Origin: an uncultured Actinomycetes bacterium
Lineage (GTDB): Bacteria > Actinomycetota > Acidimicrobiia > Acidimicrobiales > JACCXE01
DNA: 64,000 nucleotides
Direction of reading: 5' to 3'
Assembly (NCBI GenBank): GCA_963769985.1
Contig: CAVYNR010000012.1
Span: forward strand, 50,766-114,765
Under the pieces are notes generated by a model that saw only the letters and a program-made list of their open reading frames with translations, was not told the origin of the DNA and did no database searches. Below are positions 57,578-64,000 of the stretch, one piece after another. A program made the translations under genes and the position numbers. Each line of letters begins with the position of its first letter. The first letter of the stretch is position 1.

Positions 57578-59126
57578 TTACCGCTTGAACGGGTAGACGA
57601 TGCGTCGCTTGCGTGCGGCCACCACAAGCGCGCCGCCCATCAGAATCAACGCCGCCGCGATCAACAATTGCGCGTCGGTGCTCGCACCGCCACGCGCGAT
57701 CGTCCGTGGTGTCGCCGTGGCGATCGGGGCTGCAGTGGTGGTGGTGGTCGTCGTCGCGACCGCGGCCGCCGTAATCGTGATCGGCGCGGAGACGGTGGCG
57801 CCCGACGAGGCGCCCGTGAGTGTGAGCGTGTGCGCGCCCGCACCGGCCGCCCCGGGGACGGTGAAGGTGAGCGACACGAGGTTGTTGACGTCGGCGCTGA
57901 TGGTGCCGACCGTGATCGGGTCGGACTGCAGCACGAAGTTGACGGGCTCGCCGACCAGGAAGCCGCCACCGGTGGCGGTGACCGAGGACCCGATCGCGGC
58001 GGTCGACGTCGACAGGCTCAACGTGGTCGCAGGCTCGACGGGTTCCTCGCGGCCGATCAACACGTAGGCCGGGAGCCCCAGCGCCAGCACCGCCTGGGGC
58101 GTTGCCCGATCGAAGGTCTCGGCACGTCGCCGGAGTCAGACCAGTGTTCTTCGCCGTCGTGGCGCTCGCCTTGTTCAATGCGATCGCGCCGGCATCGGCG
58201 CCGGTGGTGAGCTGCAGGTTCGACGTGACGAACGCCGCCGCCTTGTTCGCGCGCGGCGCGTCGCCCACGGCGCGCAGCAGCGACGCCGCGATACCGGTCG
58301 AGTTGCCGTTGTCGCCGAAGCCGCCATCGGCGGCCTGCTTCGACTTCACGAAGGCCAGCCCGTCGGTAAAGGCGGCCACGGTCGCGGGCGAGTCGTCGTC
58401 GGCCACGATCAACGCCTGCAGCGCGAACACCGTCGCGTCGAGGTCGGCTTCGTCGTTCGACGCGCAGGCCGTGCTCTTCACGTGTGTCTCGGGATCTTCG
58501 GTGTAGGCGATGCGGAACCCGCCGTTGTCGCACTGCTGTGCGAGCAGCCACGCGATGGCGGGGGCGGGCACACCGTTGGTCGTGGCCGACAGGGCAATCA
58601 TGTCGAGCGCCTGGCCAACCCCGTTGGAGAAGTCGTCGCCGAACGTGGTGTCAGACAAGTGGTCCGAGAACCGACCGGTCAGCGGTCCCGTCGTGTGCAT
58701 CCGGTTGCGGACCTCGGTCTCGAGGTTGAATCCGGCCACCGTCGTGCTCAAGTCCCGCGCCAGCGCCATCACCATGAGCTTGCCGAGCGCGCCCGCGTAC
58801 CGGTCCTCGGGCACACCACCGGTGACGTAGTTGGCCGCGTTCGCGACAACGAAGTCGCTCGTGGCCTTCGCCTCGGCGCCGTCGCTGCGCCCGCCCGCAG
58901 CTAGCGCGAGCAACGCGTCGATGGTCAGCCCGATGTCGTCGAAGGTGAAGTCGCCCGCGGTTGCCTGGAAGCGGTGACCTTGCGCCGTCAACTCCTTCTC
59001 GATCCAAGCGAGTGCGCTCGAGGCCGACGACGCCAGCGCCGGTGCAGGCGTCGGCGCTACGACCACAGCGCAGAGAGTGATTCCGAGGGCGAGAGCGGCC
59101 CCACGCGTAACCCAGTTGGTCTTCAT
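57578..59126 (-). CDS. Surface protein with prenyltransferase/squalene-cyclase-like alpha/alpha repeats and a C-terminal anchor (frameshift near 58110)
   Basis: Signal peptide; AIAWLLAQQCDNGGF, DLDATVFALQAL, FVKSKQAADGGF repeats; Ig-like domain, then IARGG-TM-RKRR tail. Confidence 0.8.
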
Positions 59127-59171
59127 TAGCTGGCCTTCTCCGTAGTCTCGACGGGTCGATTAGCGCCAAAT

Positions 59172-59260
59172 CCGTCGACTAGGCGATCCGACTTCCACGC
59201 GAACGTGGTCACGGCTGCGGCTCAGTGCCGGAATTTCACCGGCTTCTCCCAGTACGGCGG
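59172..59260 (-). ncRNA. Cobalamin riboswitch (compact form)
   Basis: Minus strand GGGAGAAGCCGGTGAAATTCCGGCACTGAGCCGCAGCCGTGA...AAGTCGGATCGCC (T-loop and B12 box), closed by CCGTACTGGG/CCTAGTCGACGG; lies upstream of the ECF operon. Confidence 0.88.
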
Positions 59261-60130
59261 TTATGTGGTGGGCAAGCCTACGGCATTCGCTACTGCGGCC
59301 AAGTAATCGACGTGCTGTTCAACCTCGGTGAAGCCGTGCCCCATCGTGTTGATCGACGCGTGCGTCCCGTGCGCGACGCGCCATTCCTCGATGCGTTCGG
59401 CCACGGCGTCGGGCCCACGCGTCGAGAAGATCACCGTCTCGCCGCCGAATGCGTCGACCGACCGGCCGGCGGCCGCGACGAGGTCGCGCACGACGTTCCA
59501 CTGCGCGACCACGTGGTCGGTCCGCCCGCCGAAGATGAACCCGTCGCCCACGTGCGCGGCGCGTTCGATCGCGGCGTCGCCCCATCCGCCCAACCAAATC
59601 GGAATGGACGCCGCCGGCATGGGCAGAGTGCTGGCTCGCGCAACGCGATCGAACCGTCCGTCGAAGTCGACGACCGGCTCAGTCCACAGTCGGCGTAGCA
59701 ACCCGATTTGTTCCTCTTCACGCGCGCCGCGCGTCTTGAAGTCCTGGCCGAGCGCCTCGTACTCGACGTAGTTCCAGCCGATGCCCACACCAAGACGGAG
59801 ACGCCCACCCGACAGCACGTCGACATCCGCAGCCTGACGGGCCACGAGCGCCGTCTGTCGTTGCGGCAGGATCAACACGCCGGTCACGAACTCGAGGCGC
59901 GTCGTGAGCCCGGCGGCGTAGGCGAACAGAACCAACGGATCGTGGAATGGGTCGCGCTCGGTGTACGGGCCCGTCAGCGCGGGCTCGCGTCCCGCATGCA
60001 CCGCGCCGAGCACGTGGTCATACGCGAGAAGGTGGTCGAAGCCGAGCCCCTCGGCCGCCAACACGATGCGGCGTACGGCGTCGGGGCTACCACCGAGTTC
60101 GATTTGTGGGTATACAACGCCAATGCGCAT
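59261..60130 (-). CDS. LLM class (probably F420-dependent) oxidoreductase
   Basis: MRIGVVYPQ, AYDHV, GVLILPQRQ, SGGRLRLGVGIGWN. Confidence 0.9.
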   Translation of the reverse strand: MRIGVVYPQIELGGSPDAVRRIVLAAEGLGFDHLLAYDHVLGAVHAGREPALTGPYTERDPFHDPLVLFAYAAGLTTRLEFVTGVLILPQRQTALVARQAADVDVLSGGRLRLGVGIGWNYVEYEALGQDFKTRGAREEEQIGLLRRLWTEPVVDFDGRFDRVARASTLPMPAASIPIWLGGWGDAAIERAAHVGDGFIFGGRTDHVVAQWNVVRDLVAAAGRSVDAFGGETVIFSTRGPDAVAERIEEWRVAHGTHASINTMGHGFTEVEQHVDYLAAVANAVGLPTT

Positions 60131-60545
60131 ACGAAGAGTTTTCTCCATTGCGGCCGTACTCGTACTTTCGGGTGGCGTTTTCGCTGCCTGCGGAGACGAC
60201 GACGACAACGGCGATTCAACCGACGACGACACCACCGTTACGACGGCGGGTTCGTCGGCCACGACTGCGGCATCGGGCGCGGGCTCGACGCTCACGTTGA
60301 TCGCTGCCGACTTCGCGTTCGACAAGGCCACCCTGGCCGCCACCGCGGGGCAAGAAGTCAGCTTCTCGATTCAGAACAACGGTGCGGTCACGCACAACCT
60401 CACGATCGACGACCTCGACATCGACAAGGACGCCGAGTCGGGCAAGACCGAGGACGCCGGCAAGGCCACGCCCGACGCCGGCACCTACGAGTACCACTGC
60501 GAGTACCACCCTTCGGCCATGAAGGGCACCCTTACCGTCAGCTAG
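60123..60545 (+). CDS. Cupredoxin-domain lipoprotein
   Basis: Lipobox VFAAC-G; type-1 Cu ligands HN...YHCEYHPSAM. Confidence 0.88.
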   Translation: MRIRRVFSIAAVLVLSGGVFAACGDDDDNGDSTDDDTTVTTAGSSATTAASGAGSTLTLIAADFAFDKATLAATAGQEVSFSIQNNGAVTHNLTIDDLDIDKDAESGKTEDAGKATPDAGTYEYHCEYHPSAMKGTLTVS

Positions 60546-62053
60546 CTAGTCGGCGCCACCATCGGCCACGGCCGTTCCCGCTCAACCGCCAACGCCACGT
60601 CGAAGAGCAACGCGTCTTCGTGGTGACGGCCCAATACCTGCATGCCGATGGGTAGACCGTCGAGGGTGCCGGCGGGTATCGACACTGCCGGGTTGCCGTA
60701 GATGTTGGAGATGATCGTCAGCGCGCCCATGTTCACAAGATCCGGGAAGTAGCGACTCGCCAACCCGAGGATGTTCGAGGGCATCTGCGGGCGCACGGTG
60801 GCCGCGAGACGTACGAGGCCGAGCAGGCCGCGCACCGCGTACTTGCCGGCGTCGCTCGCCAAGGCTTTGTCGATCACGCTCGCCTGCGCGGCGCTCGTGG
60901 ATGCCTCGGCCCCGAAGGCGGGGCCGGGATTGGTCGAGGCGATGATGAAGTCGACCTCTTCGAAGGCACGCGCCATCGTCTCGTTGGCTTGAATCCGCTG
61001 CTCTTCGGCGCTGGCAGCGGTGTGCAGGTTGTACATCGTCTGAGACAGGAACATGCCGAACGCGACTTCGTCGGTCAGGTCGCCGGCGCACTTGGGCCAC
61101 TTGTCGCCCATGTCGGCGAGCAGCGTCGCCAGATTGCCCATCGCCCACTGCGCGGCGAGGTTCGGCGGGTCGACCTTCACGTCGACTTCGACCATGCCGG
61201 TGTCGGCGATCAACTGCTTCGCCTCGGCCCGGATGCGGTCTTCGACGCCGGGCTCGAGTGTCACGCCACCGAGGCTGGGCACGATCGCAACGCGCTTGCC
61301 CTTTAGCTCGTGGGAGCCGAGCCCCGCTTCCCATCCACCGGCGGACGGAAGCGTCGTGCCGTCGAAGGGGTCGAGCCCCGCGCACACGTCGTAGTAACGC
61401 GCCGAGTCGCGCACGGACCGGGACAGGTTGCCGAGTACCACGGTGTGCGGGCGCATGTACGCGTGCGGGCCGCGCGTGATGCGGCCGAACGTTCCCTTGA
61501 ACCCGAGCAGCCCGGTGTAGCCCGCGGGTATGCGAATCGAACCGCCGCCGTCGCCACCAGTGGCCAGCGACACGAGACCGCCCGCCACCGCCGCCGCCGA
61601 ACCGCTCGACGATCCGCCGACGGTGCGTCCGTGGCGCCACGGGTTGTGGGTGATGCCGTTGATCTTCGTGACGCTGATGTTGAGCCCGCCGAACTCGCTG
61701 GCGGTGGTTTGGCCGACGGGCACGACGCCGCCGCGATCGAACAGGCGCTGCGCGTGATGCGACGTGTAGGTGGCCACGCGATCCTTGAACACCAGCGAGG
61801 CCTCGGTCCAGGGCCAACCGGCCACGGGGTCGAGTTCCTTGACCGCCGTCGGCACACCCCCGAAGGGCATCGACACATCGGCGTTGGCCGCCGCCGCGTG
61901 CGCGCCGGCCTCGTCGACATGTGCGAATGCGTTGAGGTCCGACGCCTTGATCGCGGCGAGCGTGGCGGCGGTTTCTTCAACCGGCGAGCGTTCGCCCGCG
62001 CGGAATGCGTCCACCAATGAACATGCGTCGCCCTGCCAAGGAGTATCAGTCAC
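60542..62053 (-). CDS. Amidase (amidase signature family)
   Basis: GVPTAVKE, GGSSSGSAAAVA, DGGGSIRIPA, GLPIGMQ. Confidence 0.93.
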   Translation of the reverse strand: MTDTPWQGDACSLVDAFRAGERSPVEETAATLAAIKASDLNAFAHVDEAGAHAAAANADVSMPFGGVPTAVKELDPVAGWPWTEASLVFKDRVATYTSHHAQRLFDRGGVVPVGQTTASEFGGLNISVTKINGITHNPWRHGRTVGGSSSGSAAAVAGGLVSLATGGDGGGSIRIPAGYTGLLGFKGTFGRITRGPHAYMRPHTVVLGNLSRSVRDSARYYDVCAGLDPFDGTTLPSAGGWEAGLGSHELKGKRVAIVPSLGGVTLEPGVEDRIRAEAKQLIADTGMVEVDVKVDPPNLAAQWAMGNLATLLADMGDKWPKCAGDLTDEVAFGMFLSQTMYNLHTAASAEEQRIQANETMARAFEEVDFIIASTNPGPAFGAEASTSAAQASVIDKALASDAGKYAVRGLLGLVRLAATVRPQMPSNILGLASRYFPDLVNMGALTIISNIYGNPAVSIPAGTLDGLPIGMQVLGRHHEDALLFDVALAVERERPWPMVAPTS

Positions 62054-62153
62054 CCCCCGAAAGTAGACGTTCGACGAAGGCGTCGACCGTGGGCTGCACC
62101 TTCCGGTCCGTTCGGGTGAACGCGCCGCTCAGGAGGTCCTGGAGGTCTGATTT

Positions 62154-62172
62154 CAGATACTGTCGGTATCTG
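62154..62172. promoter_or_regulatory. Perfect 7-bp inverted repeat immediately before the PhyH start
   Basis: CAGATAC-TGTCG-GTATCTG. Confidence 0.35.
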
Positions 62173-63000
62173 TGAGCCTCCGTGACACCGATTGGGATCC
62201 CGGGCTGCCGCCCGAGAGCGATTTCTCCGTGCGCCTCACGGAAGCGCAGCTCGAGTCCTTCCATCGCGACGGCTTCACGTCGATCCCGCGCATCACCACC
62301 GACGAGGAGATCGAGTGGCTCAAGCCGATCTACGACCACCTCTTCGACACGAAGGGTTCGTTCAAGGGTGGCTACTTCGACCTGGCCCGCAAGTACGACG
62401 CGGAGGGCGACGACCTCGTGCCGCAGGTACTCGCGCCCGACCGTGCGGTGGCCGCAGCTACGGAAGACCACGCTCGTGCGCAACGCGCGCGCGATCGCGC
62501 AGCAGTTGATGGACTTGCCGCCGGAAGCGATCAAGCAGTGGGGCCACATGATCCTCAAGCCCGCCCGGATCGGCGGTGAGTTGCCGTGGCACCAAGACGA
62601 GGCGTACTGGGATCCCGACTTTCAGTACCGCGCGCTGGGTGTGTGGGTGCCGCTCGACGCGGCCACCGTCGACAGCGGTTGCATGCACTTCCAACCGGGT
62701 TCGCACACCGGTCCCGTGCTCCCGCATCAGCACGTCAACGACGACCCCGAAGTGCACGGACTTCTAGCGCCGTCGGTCACCAACGACGGTGAGGTGGCGA
62801 TCGAGCTAGAGCCGGGCGGCGCGACGTTCCATCACTGCCGCACGCTGCACCGCACGCCCCCGAACGTGAGCGACCACGTGCGGCGTGCGTGGGCCAACGA
62901 GTTCCAGATCGAGCCGGTCAAAAACGACGGCTCCGAACCCGACCGACCGTGGGTGCGCGCCGGCAACGCCGCGTGGGAACGCCGCGCGATATTCAACTAA
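62172..63000 (+). CDS. Phytanoyl-CoA dioxygenase (PhyH) family protein (frameshift near 62440)
   Basis: FHRDGF, WHQDEAYW, GCMHFQPGSH, FHHCRTLH, RRA. Confidence 0.88.
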
Positions 63001-63007
63001 CCCGTAG

Positions 63008-63838
63008 TTAAACCGTCACCATTTTCCCGTTGGCGATGACGACGGGCGGGCCGAGGTCGCCGCCGATGGCGTGGCGATACGTCTCGATCCAGGGCCAGTC
63101 GACGGGGGACTCGCGCCGCCACGGCATCACCTGGAACTCCATCGGCGCGGCCAGTCGATCGAGGTCGGTCGTGTTCGGTGCCGTGTAGTGCAACGTCAGG
63201 TGATGGTGGAACGTGGCACCGCCGGCGGGCAGCGGGCAGGCGACGGCCGGCGAGTCGTCGACACCGTCGACGATGAGCAGGTTGCCGGCTGGGTCGCCTG
63301 AGAACCCGTGCTGATGCAACGGGCCCTTGTGCGAGCCAGGGATGAACTGCATGCAGCCGCGCTCGACGGTGACCTCGTGCAGCGGCAACCAACTGCCGAT
63401 GGCGTGGTAGTCGAGCTCCGGTCGCCAGTACGCCTGGTCTTGGTGCCACGGCGCCGGCCGATTGCTGCGCGCGGGCTTGCGCAGCATGTGACCCCACGAC
63501 GTCAGGTCGTCCTCGGGCACCTTCAGCAGGGCCGCCGCGAAGTGCCTCGCGTTGCGACGGAACGTCGTCTCGAGCAGCTCGGGTATCCGTAGTTCGGGGG
63601 CGATGGACTGCTGGATCTGCGGTGGCGCAACCTGGCCGACCTCGCGCCCTGGTTCGAACACGCCGGTGCCGGCGTTGTCGTCGAGCACCGCGAGGAACAC
63701 TTCGGTCAACCACTCGAGCTCCTCTTGCGTGGTGATCTGAGGCACCACGAGGAAACCGTTCTCCTCGAAGAAGTCAATGTCGTCCTGCGTCGGTCGTACG
63801 TCGAGGTCCGACGGCGGCGGCGATCCAAAACGACTCAT
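63008..63838 (-). CDS. Phytanoyl-CoA dioxygenase (PhyH) family protein
   Basis: FEENGFL, WHQDQAYW, GCMQFIPGSH, FHHHLTLH. Confidence 0.92.
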   Translation of the reverse strand: MSRFGSPPPSDLDVRPTQDDIDFFEENGFLVVPQITTQEELEWLTEVFLAVLDDNAGTGVFEPGREVGQVAPPQIQQSIAPELRIPELLETTFRRNARHFAAALLKVPEDDLTSWGHMLRKPARSNRPAPWHQDQAYWRPELDYHAIGSWLPLHEVTVERGCMQFIPGSHKGPLHQHGFSGDPAGNLLIVDGVDDSPAVACPLPAGGATFHHHLTLHYTAPNTTDLDRLAAPMEFQVMPWRRESPVDWPWIETYRHAIGGDLGPPVVIANGKMVTV

Positions 63839-63851
63839 GAATCCATCTCTC

Positions 63852-64000
63852 CTAGCGCCGGGTTTGGCCGAGATCTTCGGGTACGTAGGTTTTGCCGCTG
63901 CGCTGGTCGACCCAGATCTTCCACGGGTAATGGTCGCCCTCGCCGCCGGCGTCAGGGGTCTGCATGTGTTGGGTGACGGCTTTGCGATACGCGTTGCCGG
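63852..64000 (-). CDS. 3' end of a CDS truncated by the window edge, possibly another PhyH-like protein
   Basis: Open frame GNAYRKAVTQHMQTP...QTRR* ends at 63852, just upstream of the next PhyH RBS. Confidence 0.5.
   Translation of the reverse strand, partial: GNAYRKAVTQHMQTPDAGGEGDHYPWKIWVDQRSGKTYVPEDLGQTRR

Overview
High-GC actinobacterial DNA. Gene content and the dnaK-grpE-dnaJ-hspR order suggest Actinomycetota, possibly Acidimicrobiia (inference). The sequence carries many single-base indels, dense at about 18.6-32.6 kb and 41.7-55 kb, so many real genes are split across ORF-track frames and were reconstructed by eye. From left to right: (1) a pair of giant uncharacterised genes downstream of hspR, one with a twin-arginine signal and one with Ig-like and phage-tail-like motifs; (2) the dnaK operon with a HAIR-like operator over a near-consensus promoter; (3) a LuxR-type HTH gene divergent from a compact WXG100 plus EspG-like cassette, with no ESX machinery in the window; (4) DUF2975 plus HTH regulator, a DUF4399 lipoprotein, an ABC exporter pair, an adenylate cyclase-ATPase-TPR protein, pirin/YceI/MarR and redox genes; (5) a padR-NiCoT-like-opp operon; (6) pgi-gnd-zwf-pgl joined to an L-fucose non-phosphorylative catabolic cluster with a sulfatase; (7) a cobalamin riboswitch controlling two surface proteins and an ECF transporter, possibly a split transcobalamin-like B12 capture system; (8) LLM, cupredoxin, amidase and several PhyH dioxygenases. 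No tRNA, rRNA, CRISPR array or IS element was seen. Family calls come from motif recognition only; no database searches were run.
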